Assembly: GCA_044225365.1 (NCBI GenBank)
Contig: JBGAIQ010000018.1
Location: 32,001-96,000 of the forward strand
Direction of reading: 5' to 3'
Length of the DNA: 64,000 nt
Source: Planctomycetota bacterium
GTDB taxonomy: Bacteria > Planctomycetota > B15-G4 > JADJEK01
Below the pieces are notes generated by a model, which saw nothing but the letters and a program-made list of their open reading frames with translations, was not told where the DNA came from and did not search any database. This document shows positions 49,772 through 59,464 of the stretch, piece by piece. Every line of letters begins with the position of its first letter. Within the stretch, counting starts at the first letter, position 1. The translations under genes and the position numbers were made by a program.

Positions 49772-51568
49772 CTAACGCTTCTTTCCGGCCCTGTCACTTC
49801 CACGACGCGGAGACGGGTCGGATCCGATGTCGGCGAAGATCGAGAAACCACCCGCCTCGACGACTCCCTTCGACGGATCGAGCGCGAGAACTTCATCGGC
49901 TCCCCGGTCGTCGATGAAGATGCCGAGTGCGGCCACCCCGCAGCCGAGCGAGTAAGCGCGCGCCAGGTAGTCGTCGTTGCCGGAGAAGTCGCGGAAGATC
50001 GCGCAACTCTCCTCCGTCGCGCTTCCGAAGCAATGATCGGCACCGCTGTAGAGGTCGTTGCCCCCCGCATCGACGAAGAGACCGAGTCCGCGGCTCCTGG
50101 AAGTCCCTCCGCTCGCGGCTCCGAGTCGGTAGTTATCGTCTCCTCCGCGCTCGACGAAGACCCCGAGCCCGCAACCGACTCCAGCCAATTCGCACGCGGT
50201 GCCGAGGGTACTCTCGCATTGTCGTGACGACGCATTGAGATCGGTCACGTAGACGTCGGCGCCCGCGGCGTCGACGAGGCAGCCGATTCCCGCCGCCGCC
50301 CCCGCGCCGAGCGCATCTCGATCGGCGCGATAGAGATCATCCCCCGAGAGATCGACGAGCGCTCCGACCCCGAACGCGCCGAAGCCGAGGCCGTCGCCGG
50401 AGACGACGTAACGATCGTCACCTGAATCGTCGAGTAGGAGCGCGGCGCCGAGAACGGCAGCCCCGAATCCGAAGTTGCTCGACTCGTAACGATCGCTTCC
50501 CGAGTAGTCCTCGTCGACGACGATTCCGCCCGCCGCGAATCCCGTCCCGTGCCGCTCCCCGCACCAGCGGTCGTCGCCGCGGATGTCGATCGCGATTCGG
50601 GCCGGCACGTCCGAGAGATCGAGGCCGCCGATCGCGGCGTCGGCCTGCCAGCGATCCGAACCGGAGAGATCGATTGCGACGGCGACGCCCTCGAGCGGCA
50701 TCACGGTATCGCCATCGCCACCGATCAGGACGAGGCCGGCGGCACATTCGCTCGCGAAGACGAGGTTCTTCGGAATTCCGCCGCCGTCCGGCACGGGCGT
50801 GAGGGGGCGTCCATCGCCGAAACGATCGTAGTCGAGGAGCACCTGTCGAACCGCATCGACCGAGTCGGCGAGGTCGATCAAGCCGTCGATCCAGGCGGAG
50901 AGATCGTTGCGAGCGGCGACCTCCTGGAGAATGGACTCGACGGACGGCTCGAGGTGTTCGGTCCGTAGCGCGGCGAGCAACGCCGGGAGTTCGATCTGGG
51001 GCGCGGCGTTCCCGATGGCTCCGAGCGACTCGTCGCGCAGCGCGCGCGCGAGCGGTGCGACGCGCTCGACCGTCGCGATCAAGCGGCGAACGGCGCGACG
51101 TACGACACTCGGCATATGGCTGGAGTTCTCCGCCGAAACGCGTTGGATCGCCTCAGCGCGAGCTCCCAACGCGACGATGCGCTGAACGGGAAGTTCGTCG
51201 CTGCTTTCGACCGGACCCGTGGCGGGCGGCATCTCGCGATCGGATCGCTCGAGATTCGCGAGCGACCTCGCATACCAGCCCGCCGTCGCCCGACCCACTG
51301 CGAGACGTCGCAATGCGACGTCGAGGTCATCGGCGGTCGCCTTGGGATCGCGAGCGAGATTCGCGAGGACTCGTGGGCCGGTCTCCGGGGGTTCGTACCG
51401 GCGGTCGACGCGAGCGAGATACGCCCGCAGCGGGACGGCCCGCTCGAGCGCCTGCGGCAGACTGCTCGACTCGTCGACGCGCATCGGAAATGCAATGATC
51501 GTGACGAGCGCGCCTCCGAAGACGGCGAGCAGTGACAATCGGATTGCAGTTGCAGCTCGGCGGTGCAT
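49772..51568 (-). CDS. Exported protein with about ten D-x-x-G-x-D-x-Y Gly-rich repeats
   Basis: N-terminal TM/signal. Repeats include DLSGSDRW, DIRGDDRW, DYSGSDRY, DDSGDDRY, DLSGDDLY, DAAGADVY, DAGGNDLY and DFSGNDDY. The start may be 51667. Confidence 0.72.
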   Translation of the reverse strand: MHRRAATAIRLSLLAVFGGALVTIIAFPMRVDESSSLPQALERAVPLRAYLARVDRRYEPPETGPRVLANLARDPKATADDLDVALRRLAVGRATAGWYARSLANLERSDREMPPATGPVESSDELPVQRIVALGARAEAIQRVSAENSSHMPSVVRRAVRRLIATVERVAPLARALRDESLGAIGNAAPQIELPALLAALRTEHLEPSVESILQEVAARNDLSAWIDGLIDLADSVDAVRQVLLDYDRFGDGRPLTPVPDGGGIPKNLVFASECAAGLVLIGGDGDTVMPLEGVAVAIDLSGSDRWQADAAIGGLDLSDVPARIAIDIRGDDRWCGERHGTGFAAGGIVVDEDYSGSDRYESSNFGFGAAVLGAALLLDDSGDDRYVVSGDGLGFGAFGVGALVDLSGDDLYRADRDALGAGAAAGIGCLVDAAGADVYVTDLNASSRQCESTLGTACELAGVGCGLGVFVERGGDDNYRLGAASGGTSRSRGLGLFVDAGGNDLYSGADHCFGSATEESCAIFRDFSGNDDYLARAYSLGCGVAALGIFIDDRGADEVLALDPSKGVVEAGGFSIFADIGSDPSPRRGSDRAGKKR

Positions 51569-51695
51569 GACGAAGCGCCGGGAAGAGTTCGTATTCGAGG
51601 CAGACGCGGCGAGAACGACCTCTTCTCTTTCGGAATCCACCGGGTTCGATCTGCATTGCAAAGGCATCGAGAATCGTGCCTTCGGTCGCGAACGA

Positions 51696-53639
51696 CTACT
51701 TGTCGTCGATCACGCCCGCGCCGCCGAGATTGCCGATGTACTCCTGGCCGCCGCCGAAGTTCTGGGTCCAGATGTTCCCGAGACTGCCCACGCCCATCTC
51801 GGTATGGCTCTCGAACAGGATGTTGCGATGGTGGCCGGAAGAGTGGATCCAGCCCTCGTGTGCACCCCGCGCCCCACCGCCCGTCATCGCGATGTTCTCG
51901 CCCGCGCCGCTCGAGTACCCCTGCGCCCGCATGCGGTCCCCCGGCGTCCGCAGCTTCGGGTTCTCGTCGTTCGTATGGCTGAACTTCCCCGTGAGCGACA
52001 TCCATTCCGAATGCCCGTGTGCGGAACGCATGAGCTTCTCGTGGATCGCGAGGGCGTGACGCCCCATCATCCGGCGGTACTCGTTCGTGATCCGCACCTG
52101 GAGGACGTCGTCCGGAGTGCCGGAGGTCTTCACTTGCTCGTTCATCGCGAGGACCTGCCGATCCTGATCGAGTCGCTGCCGCTCCGCATAGTCGACGGCG
52201 AAGTCGCGGATCGTGATCGTCGAGACGTCGACCGGCAGAAGATCGAGGCGCTCGGTTCCCGGCTCGTTCAGGTCGTACGACGGATCCGAAAGCGCGAGCA
52301 GGCCGCGCTCGCTCGCGATCAACTTCGTCAACTTCCGGAAACCCGCAGAAACGGGCACGCCAGGGGGCGGCGCGCCGTGTTCATCTCCCCAGATCGCGCG
52401 CACCTTGGCGACGCGTTCGTCGACCTCCTTCTGCACCACCGCGTACTCGGCTTGCCGACTCGCATACGGGTAGAAGTACTTCACCTCGTCGAAGATCAGC
52501 TCGAGCGCGTGCTTCCGCGCTTCCTCGAGTTTCTGCCGCTCGGCGGAGAGCCGATCGAACGACTTCCATTCGGGCTGTGCGAGCAATTGCGCGATCATGC
52601 GGCTTCGACGCGGCGCGAGTTCCTTCGCGATCTGGTGCGGCGCGACGGCGAGCAGGTCGTTGAGCTCGGTGATTCCCTTCTCGTAGCTCTTGTCGCCCTG
52701 CTCGAGCTTGGCCACCGCGGCCTTCACCTGCTTGTCGTAGATTCGCTCTTCGCGTTCACGAAACGTGATCCACTCGTTCTCGACCCGGAAGAACCCCCAC
52801 TCGGGGACGACGTCGAGTCGCCGCCAGATCGCGATGAGACCGTCGATCTGCGGGCGCAGGTTGCCGTTCTCGGAGGCCTTCACGAGCGCGGCGTCGATCT
52901 CCTTCGCGTCGCCGATCGTGAGCAGGAACGCGGCGCGAGGAACGCTCTCCTCGGCCGTGAACGTGTACTTCTTCGCGAGCGCAGCGAGCGAGGCCGGAGC
53001 GAGATCCTGCGGCACGATCTCCTGCGAAGCACCGTCCATCTCGACGAGGAGGACCGCGTCGCGGGCGCCGGTGACGCGCGTGACGGCCATGTCCTTCGTC
53101 CGCAGCATGACGTCGACCGCGGCGACCGCCTTCGGCGCGTCGGCGATCTTGCGGCACAGGAGATTCAAGAACTCCGCAGCCTGCTGATTCAGCGCGATCC
53201 AGCGCTCGAGGATCGGTCGACCCTCTTTCGTCGCGGCGGCGTGGCGCTCGTCGAGCATCGACTTGGACGCCTTGAAGTCGAGTTGCTTGAACGCCGCTTC
53301 CGCCTTCGTGAGCACCTCCCGCTCCATCACGGAGGGTCCCTTTGGCGCTTCGATCGTGGGCCGCGAGAGGCTGTCCGGGCTCATCGACGGGGGCAGCGCC
53401 GGACTCGAGGGTCCGAAAGGAGAACCAACGCCAGGGCCAGGACCGGGCTCGATCGACGGAGGCAGGCCCGACGGCGGCTTCTTCGGCTGCGGCATGTTGG
53501 GCGGCAGGCCCTGCCCTCGCGCCGCGCCAGGCGTCAGGGCGACGAGGGACAAGAAGAGCATCGCCCACCACGAGCGGCCGCGGAGGTTGCGCCAGGGAGA
53601 CGGGAATTCGCTGCGGGATTCGAACTTCGGCTTCGTCAT
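51696..53639 (-). CDS. Secreted CAP (SCP/PR-1-like) domain protein with a long helical N-terminal region
   Basis: Signal peptide, Pro-rich linker, and C-terminal TNEYR, HSEWM, FSH, GENIA, WIHSSGHHRNIL and WTQNFG. Confidence 0.88.
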   Translation of the reverse strand: MTKPKFESRSEFPSPWRNLRGRSWWAMLFLSLVALTPGAARGQGLPPNMPQPKKPPSGLPPSIEPGPGPGVGSPFGPSSPALPPSMSPDSLSRPTIEAPKGPSVMEREVLTKAEAAFKQLDFKASKSMLDERHAAATKEGRPILERWIALNQQAAEFLNLLCRKIADAPKAVAAVDVMLRTKDMAVTRVTGARDAVLLVEMDGASQEIVPQDLAPASLAALAKKYTFTAEESVPRAAFLLTIGDAKEIDAALVKASENGNLRPQIDGLIAIWRRLDVVPEWGFFRVENEWITFREREERIYDKQVKAAVAKLEQGDKSYEKGITELNDLLAVAPHQIAKELAPRRSRMIAQLLAQPEWKSFDRLSAERQKLEEARKHALELIFDEVKYFYPYASRQAEYAVVQKEVDERVAKVRAIWGDEHGAPPPGVPVSAGFRKLTKLIASERGLLALSDPSYDLNEPGTERLDLLPVDVSTITIRDFAVDYAERQRLDQDRQVLAMNEQVKTSGTPDDVLQVRITNEYRRMMGRHALAIHEKLMRSAHGHSEWMSLTGKFSHTNDENPKLRTPGDRMRAQGYSSGAGENIAMTGGGARGAHEGWIHSSGHHRNILFESHTEMGVGSLGNIWTQNFGGGQEYIGNLGGAGVIDDK

Positions 53640-53656
53640 CGGGTGCGGGGTGGGTA

Positions 53657-54634
53657 TCAGGGATTCGAACCGCGGACGTCGTCGCTCAGGTGCTGTGCCT
53701 CGATCACGGTTTCGTTTCGCAACATCGCGAGACAGCGTCGCATCTCGTTCTCGAGCTCACGGATGTTCCCTGGCCAACGATGGCGCAGGAGGGCATCTCG
53801 CGCGGAGTCACCGAGTTCGGGCGGATTCCGCTTCATCTCGGAACCGATCCGAGTGATGAAGTGGCGCGCCAACGCCGGAATGTCCTCGGGCCGATCGCGG
53901 AGCGGAGGCAGCTCGATCGTCACGCCGCTCAGGCGGTAGTACAAGTCTTCGCGGAAGAGGTGACGCTGGACGAGGTCACGAAGCAGACGATTCGATGCCG
54001 ACACGACTCGGACATCGACGCGAATGCTCGCGGTGCCTCCCACCGGGCGGATCTCGCCGTCCTGGAGTGCACGCAGCAGCTTGCTCTGCATCGCGAGGCT
54101 CATGTCCCCGATCTCGTCGAGGAAGAGCGTGCCCTTGTCCGCGACCTGGAACAGACCCTTGCGCTCGCGATCCGCGCCGGTGAACGCCCCGCGCTTGTAT
54201 CCGAACAACTCACTCTCGAGGAGCGTCTCCGGGATCGCCGCGCAATTCTCGGTGACGAAAGGTTTGTCCGCGCGGTTCGACGCGCGGTGGATCGCCTTCG
54301 CGATCAACTCCTTGCCGGTGCCCGACTCGCCCTGGATCAGCACTGGAATGTTCGACGGCGCGATCTTGTCGATCAGCGCGAAGACCTCGAGCATGGCCGG
54401 GCTCTCAGCGATCATATCGGCGTACTTCGCGCGATCGAACGACGGATAGATCGTGGCTGGGAGTTTCTCGGCGCGAGCAGACCGCTTCGGCGGAGCGAGT
54501 GCCTGTTCCACGATCGCCCGCACCTGCTCGGGTGCCATTCCGCCTGCCACGAGCGTGTGAACGAGCTTCACGAGCTCGGTGGCGCGAGCATCGCCCTTCT
54601 CATGCGGCTTCGATTCGGGCGCGTTCGTCATCAT
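53657..54634 (-). CDS. Sigma54-interacting AAA+ activator lacking both a recognisable sensor domain and a C-terminal HTH
   Basis: GESGTGKE, ESELFG, GAFTGA, LFLDEIG, FREDLYYRL and WPGNIRELEN. The protein ends about 28 aa later. Confidence 0.9.
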   Translation of the reverse strand: MMTNAPESKPHEKGDARATELVKLVHTLVAGGMAPEQVRAIVEQALAPPKRSARAEKLPATIYPSFDRAKYADMIAESPAMLEVFALIDKIAPSNIPVLIQGESGTGKELIAKAIHRASNRADKPFVTENCAAIPETLLESELFGYKRGAFTGADRERKGLFQVADKGTLFLDEIGDMSLAMQSKLLRALQDGEIRPVGGTASIRVDVRVVSASNRLLRDLVQRHLFREDLYYRLSGVTIELPPLRDRPEDIPALARHFITRIGSEMKRNPPELGDSARDALLRHRWPGNIRELENEMRRCLAMLRNETVIEAQHLSDDVRGSNP

Positions 54635-56778
54635 CCGCCTTGCAGGCTCGACTTCTTCAGGTTCGCGAATTCGAGGATCAGTTTCCTCGGGCCGTGCTGT
54701 TCGAAATCGACGGTGACGCGGGCACTTGGCCCGAATCCGGAGATTTCGATCACGTTCCCGAGGCCGAAGCGTTGGTGGACCACGCGATCGCCGGGAGAGA
54801 ACGGAGGCTCGTTCGAATCGTACTCGGGAACGTACGAGGCCGTGTCCTCGAAGAACGACAAGTCGCTGCGAGTGCGCAGGGATCCGTCGAGCAACTCCGA
54901 CGGGATCTCGGAGAGGAATCGCGACGGTGCGGTGTAGCCGGCGCCCGGACCCTGCATGCGCGTCTTCGCGTACGAGAGCGTGAGTCGCTTCTGCGCTCGC
55001 GTGATCCCGACGTAGAACAGGCGCCGCTCTTCTTCGATCCCCGTTTCGGTGTCGAGGGATCGACTGTGCGGCAGGAGCCCTTCTTCGAGCGCGGCGAGGA
55101 ACACGTAGCGGAACTCGAGTCCCTTCGCGGCGTGCAGCGTCATCAACGTCACGCGGGGCTCATCGGGCGCTTCGTCGCTCCGCGAACGAACGAGCGCCGT
55201 TTCGTTCAGGAACTCCTCGAGCGATCCGCGTGGGTGTTCGGAGTCGTACTCGCGCACAGCCCGCCGCAACTCCTCGACGTTCTCCAGCCGTTCGTCGCTG
55301 AGCGGGTCCGGCGTCTCGACGAGGTAACCGCGGTAATCGGTTGCGTCGAGGATTCGATCGAGCAGTGCCGAAACCGGCCAGCGCGGCATCGCGCGAAGCT
55401 CGACGAGGAGTGCTCCGAACTTCTCGATCGCCGCGCGCGACGCCTTGGTGCGAACCGAATCGATGAACTGGCGATCGATCAGCACCTCCGAGATCGGCAT
55501 CCCGTTGTCGCGTGCCATATGGCGCATCGCTTCGATCGTCTTCGCGCCGATCCCGCGCGCCGGAACGTTCACGATCCGGACGAGGTCGATCTCGCTCGCC
55601 GGGTTCACGATCGCGCGGAGGTACGCGACGAGGTCCTTGACCTCGCGCCGCGCATAGAACTCCACCGCCCCGATGATGACGTAGGGCAGGTTCGCGTCCC
55701 GCATCGCCTGCTCCAGGATGCGCGAACACGCGTTGGTGCGGTAGAGCACCGCGCAATGGTCGAGCTTCTCATCCTCGCGCGCGAGCTTCTGGATGTCTTC
55801 CGCGATCCTTCTCGCTTCGTAGCGCTCGGTCTCGGCCGCGCGCAGCCGAATCCTCTCGCCGTCGCCGAGGCTGGACCAGAGTTCGCGCTCGATGCGCGAC
55901 TTGTTGTTGCGGATCACCGCGCTCGCGGCCTTCAGGATGTTGTTCGTGGAGCGGTAATTCTCCTCGAGCTTGATGACCCGCGTGCCCGGGAAGTCCTCGT
56001 CGAACTCGAGGATGTTCCGCACGTCGGCGCCACGCCACGAGTAGATCGATTGATCGGGATCGCCGGTCGCGCACAACTCGCGGCTCGACGGAGCGAGCAA
56101 CTGCGCGATCTTGTACTGCAAACGGTTCGTGTCCTGGTACTCGTCGATGAGGAGCGCGGCAAAACGCCCGGCGATGCGTTCTCGCACCAAGGGCTTCTCC
56201 TCGAGGAGGCGAGCGGTGCGAAGCAGCAGGTCGTCGAAATCGACGGCCTGATTCGCGATCAACGACTGCTCGTAGCGTTCGAACACCTTCGCGTGCTCGC
56301 GAACCAAAGGATCGTCACTGCGATCGGGCGTGTAGCCGTTGTTCTTGCACAACGACACGATCGAGAGGTAGTCGCGCGCCGAGTTGTCGCGACCCGAGTA
56401 GTTCAGTTCCTTCAGGACCTCACGCATCAAGGCGAGCTGGTCGGACTCGTCGAAGATCGTGAAATTCGGATCGAGTCCGGCCTCCGCGGCTTCCATCCGC
56501 AGGATGCGGGCGCCGAGGGAGTGAAACGTGGAGATCCACGACCGACTGTCGCCGATCAGGCGCTGGACGCGCTCCCTCATCTCTGCCGCGGCCTTGTTCG
56601 TAAAGGTGATCGCGAGGATCTCCGAGGAACGGAATCCGCCTCGAATGAGGTGCGCGATGCGGCGCGTGATGACGCGCGTCTTGCCGGAGCCTGCACCTGC
56701 GACGACGAGCAGCGGCCCACCGCGGTGCGTGACCGCCTCGCGCTGCGCCTCGTTCAGGTCTTCGAGCAGGTCGTGCAC
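54631..56778 (-). CDS. pcrA: UvrD/PcrA family ATP-dependent DNA helicase
   Basis: AGAGSGKT, TFTNKAA, DEYQD, GDPDQSIYSWRGA, NYRS, HAAKGLEF and EERRLFYVGITRA, with a C-terminal Tudor-like GDRVVHQRFG. Confidence 0.93.
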   Translation of the reverse strand: MHDLLEDLNEAQREAVTHRGGPLLVVAGAGSGKTRVITRRIAHLIRGGFRSSEILAITFTNKAAAEMRERVQRLIGDSRSWISTFHSLGARILRMEAAEAGLDPNFTIFDESDQLALMREVLKELNYSGRDNSARDYLSIVSLCKNNGYTPDRSDDPLVREHAKVFERYEQSLIANQAVDFDDLLLRTARLLEEKPLVRERIAGRFAALLIDEYQDTNRLQYKIAQLLAPSSRELCATGDPDQSIYSWRGADVRNILEFDEDFPGTRVIKLEENYRSTNNILKAASAVIRNNKSRIERELWSSLGDGERIRLRAAETERYEARRIAEDIQKLAREDEKLDHCAVLYRTNACSRILEQAMRDANLPYVIIGAVEFYARREVKDLVAYLRAIVNPASEIDLVRIVNVPARGIGAKTIEAMRHMARDNGMPISEVLIDRQFIDSVRTKASRAAIEKFGALLVELRAMPRWPVSALLDRILDATDYRGYLVETPDPLSDERLENVEELRRAVREYDSEHPRGSLEEFLNETALVRSRSDEAPDEPRVTLMTLHAAKGLEFRYVFLAALEEGLLPHSRSLDTETGIEEERRLFYVGITRAQKRLTLSYAKTRMQGPGAGYTAPSRFLSEIPSELLDGSLRTRSDLSFFEDTASYVPEYDSNEPPFSPGDRVVHQRFGLGNVIEISGFGPSARVTVDFEQHGPRKLILEFANLKKSSLQGG

Positions 56779-56863
56779 GGCGGAAACACTCCGAAGTTCG
56801 GATACGATGAAAGCCCGGTGATGATATCGCGACGGCGGATGGCCGTCGACCTCTGGAGTCCTC

Positions 56864-57250
56864 GTGATCCTCGGAATCGGCCTCGATCTCGTCGAGATCT
56901 CGCGCGTGCACGACACGCTCACGCGCCACGACGATCAGTTCCTCGAACGCATCCTCACGTCGAACGAGCGCGAGTTCGCCGCGACCCGTCGGGGACGCGG
57001 ACTCGCCGCGCACGTCGCCGGACGATTCGCCGCGAAGGAAGCCGCCTTGAAAGCACTCGGGACGGGTCTCGCAGACGGGCTGCGATGGCACGACGTCGAA
57101 GTCGTCTCGGATGGCCTGCACCAGCCACCCCGCCTTTCTCTCCACGGCAAGGCCGAGTCGATCGCCGCATCGCTCGGGGTGACGCGCATCCACCTCTCGA
57201 TCACGCACTGCGACGCGACGGCCGCAGCCGTGGTCGTGCTGGAGCACTAG
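56864..57250 (+). CDS. acpS: Holo-[acyl-carrier-protein] synthase
   Basis: GIGLDLVE, AGRFAAKEAALKALGTG and HLSITH motifs. GGAG RBS. Confidence 0.95.
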   Translation: MILGIGLDLVEISRVHDTLTRHDDQFLERILTSNEREFAATRRGRGLAAHVAGRFAAKEAALKALGTGLADGLRWHDVEVVSDGLHQPPRLSLHGKAESIAASLGVTRIHLSITHCDATAAAVVVLEH

Positions 57251-57335
57251 TTCGTGAGTCGCCGGTAGAACGCACACGGGGCGCCGCGTCAGTCGACGGG
57301 CACCCCGCGCGAGTTCATTCGAACGGTCGTCGCGA

Positions 57336-58289
57336 TCAGGGGAGATGCGGCGAGGTATCGATTCGATAGTTCGTTTGCGCGGCGATCTTGAACTGGACGA
57401 GCGCGGCGAACTTGAAGTGCGTGTCGCCACCGATCGCAGACTCGGTCTGCCCGAGAGCGAGGACGGCGGTCTTGCCGACCATTGCGGGCTGGCTTGCGAG
57501 CGCCGCGTCGAGGGCTGCGACGTTGAGCGACGGCCCGACCCCCGTCATCGGAATGACCGCTTCGACGTTCGCAAGGCCGCCCGTCTTCGGATCGGTCGGT
57601 CCGATCATCAGCAGGTCGGTCGACTGATCGTACGGCGCGCCCGTCACCATCGTCAGGTGGGTCGCCCCGCGCACTTCGAAGGCGCCACTGGCTTCCGCGC
57701 TGGTGTCGCCGTGGAGCGGATCGGAGTCCACCACCACGACTTCGGAGCCTGCGAGCGCACGGATCTCGACGGATGCCGTGGCGCGCGGACCGACATTGGC
57801 GGCCACGGTTGCGAGTTTCACGCCATCGATGACGGCATAGGCTCCCGAATGGAGATTCGACGTGACTTCGATCGTCGCCGTCGGATCCGCCGCAAGAACG
57901 AGGGGCGACAGGGAACCCGAGCTGTGGCCGTTGGATTCACCGCCGGCCGACTTCGCACTTCCACCGCCGCTCGCTCCGCCCGAACCGCTGCCCGAACCGC
58001 TGCCCGAACCACTACCCGCACCGTTCGAACCACCGTCGTTCAACGACGGCATGTTGTAGGGACTGTCTGCGTCTCCAGTACCATTGCCGGCGCCGACGTA
58101 GGGCGCAGCGACGATCACCGCCAACGCTACGACCGAGAGAGATTGCAGCCACGAACCATGCGACGCTGCTTTCGACCCACCCGCCAACGCGAGTTGGGGG
58201 CCGAATCGACGGCCTGACTGCGTCAGCGATCCGCGCGACGTGAGTCGCGAGCGAATCCACTCAACGCTGGATTTCATGGGCTTCATCAT
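57336..58289 (-). CDS. Secreted or anchored protein with a Gly/Ser-rich linker and a beta-rich C-terminal domain
   Basis: Hydrophobic segment VVALAVIVAAP and a GSGSGSGSG linker. Lies downstream of the ECF/anti-sigma pair. Start uncertain. Confidence 0.68.
   Translation of the reverse strand: MMKPMKSSVEWIRSRLTSRGSLTQSGRRFGPQLALAGGSKAASHGSWLQSLSVVALAVIVAAPYVGAGNGTGDADSPYNMPSLNDGGSNGAGSGSGSGSGSGSGGASGGGSAKSAGGESNGHSSGSLSPLVLAADPTATIEVTSNLHSGAYAVIDGVKLATVAANVGPRATASVEIRALAGSEVVVVDSDPLHGDTSAEASGAFEVRGATHLTMVTGAPYDQSTDLLMIGPTDPKTGGLANVEAVIPMTGVGPSLNVAALDAALASQPAMVGKTAVLALGQTESAIGGDTHFKFAALVQFKIAAQTNYRIDTSPHLP
57979..58014. repeat. 12-bp tandem repeat encoding the Gly-Ser linker
   Basis: CCCGAACCGCTG twice, then CCCGAACCACTA. 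Confidence 0.6.
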
Positions 58290-58402
58290 GGCTCACTTCT
58301 GCCATTTCGGTCAGTTCGCACCCAACTTGAATCCGAGGTGGATCCCGGTCGGATCCGTCGAATACAACCCGGGCTTGCTTCACGCGGGCGGCGCAGCGCA
58401 TG

Positions 58403-59464
58403 TTATCCGGCAAACAGGACCGGGTAACGTTCCAACAGTTCGTTTCGGAAGCGGGTCCGCGAACGCAGCAACGTGCGGAAGACTTCCGCGTGCTCCAGCG
58501 TGGCGCGAACTTCCGCCAACTTGTTCGGGAATCGGGTGAGCAACTCACCGAACGCGGCGGCCGAGCGGTCGAACCGCTCGAGCTTTGCGTAGAACATGGC
58601 GAGGCTCAGGTGGATCGTGAAGAACTTCGGATCGTTCTCGACGTGTCCAAGGGTTCGGATCTGCTCGAAACACTCGACGGCTTTGCCGTAGTCGCAGCGG
58701 TATCCGTAGGCGTTGCCGAGCGACTGCAGGGTCATCACTCGCAGCAGCTTGTCGAGCTTCGGAAGCGCGAGGATCTTCTGGTACTCCGCAATGGCCTCTT
58801 CCGGCCGGTCGATGCGAACGAAGTACGCGCCGAGATAGAGTCGAGCCGCCGCGTGGTCCTCAGCGAGGATGAGGCACTCTTCGAGGAAATGGCGGGCGTT
58901 GTCGAGCGCAGTCCGACCCGACCGGACACCGATGCGCGTGCTCTTGCTGTTGCGCGCGCCGTCGCGGCCGCGGAACAACTGGCTCGTGCGCTTGAGGGAC
59001 TGCGTCGTTCGCCGAGGGACGCTCGTCGCCCGCGCTGCGAGGTCGATCGTTTCCTTCACCAATCGGCGGCCTTCGGCCCCCGCGCGCTCGAGAGCGACCG
59101 CCTTGCGGTGGAGAAACATCATCAATTTCGAATCGTTACCAGCGAGGTAGTACGCCTTGCCGAGTTCGTAGAGGAGGGCCGCCACGCGCGCCAGGTTCGA
59201 CTCGACGAGGCGATCGGAGAGGCGAGCGAAGAACGAGTCCTTCTCGAAGCCGCCGAGCGGAGCGTCGATCTTCTCGAGATCGGAAGCGCCCTGATGCATG
59301 CGGATCTGCTGGCGCAAGGAATCGACGGCGCCGCGGCAACCATCGCACAACTCGATGTGGACGAGCAGCGATTTGACGTCGGGTTGCGCGAGTTCCCCGT
59401 CCACGTACCCGTGGACCGAGATCTCGAATTCCGTGCAGGGCATGTACCGGAGCTCGGTCGTCAT
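58403..59464 (-). CDS. Soluble zinc-finger (zf-HC2/ZAS) anti-sigma factor with C-terminal TPRs
   Basis: CTEF...YVDGEL...HIELCDGC (HxxxCxxC). TPR-like LYLGAYF..EEAIAEYQKIL and LGNAY..YGKAVECFEQI. No TM segment. ATGA overlap with the sigma gene. Confidence 0.82.
   Translation of the reverse strand: MTTELRYMPCTEFEISVHGYVDGELAQPDVKSLLVHIELCDGCRGAVDSLRQQIRMHQGASDLEKIDAPLGGFEKDSFFARLSDRLVESNLARVAALLYELGKAYYLAGNDSKLMMFLHRKAVALERAGAEGRRLVKETIDLAARATSVPRRTTQSLKRTSQLFRGRDGARNSKSTRIGVRSGRTALDNARHFLEECLILAEDHAAARLYLGAYFVRIDRPEEAIAEYQKILALPKLDKLLRVMTLQSLGNAYGYRCDYGKAVECFEQIRTLGHVENDPKFFTIHLSLAMFYAKLERFDRSAAAFGELLTRFPNKLAEVRATLEHAEVFRTLLRSRTRFRNELLERYPVLFAG

Noticed and set aside
53615-53675. tRNA or att-site remnant (GGTTCGAATCCC on the minus strand; GGGATTCGAAC repeated at 53615 and 53660)
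   Set aside because: It resembles a T-loop, but the T-stem is mismatched, there is no matching acceptor, D or anticodon arm, no CCA and no integrase. Both copies lie in coding sequence, so it is probably coincidental.
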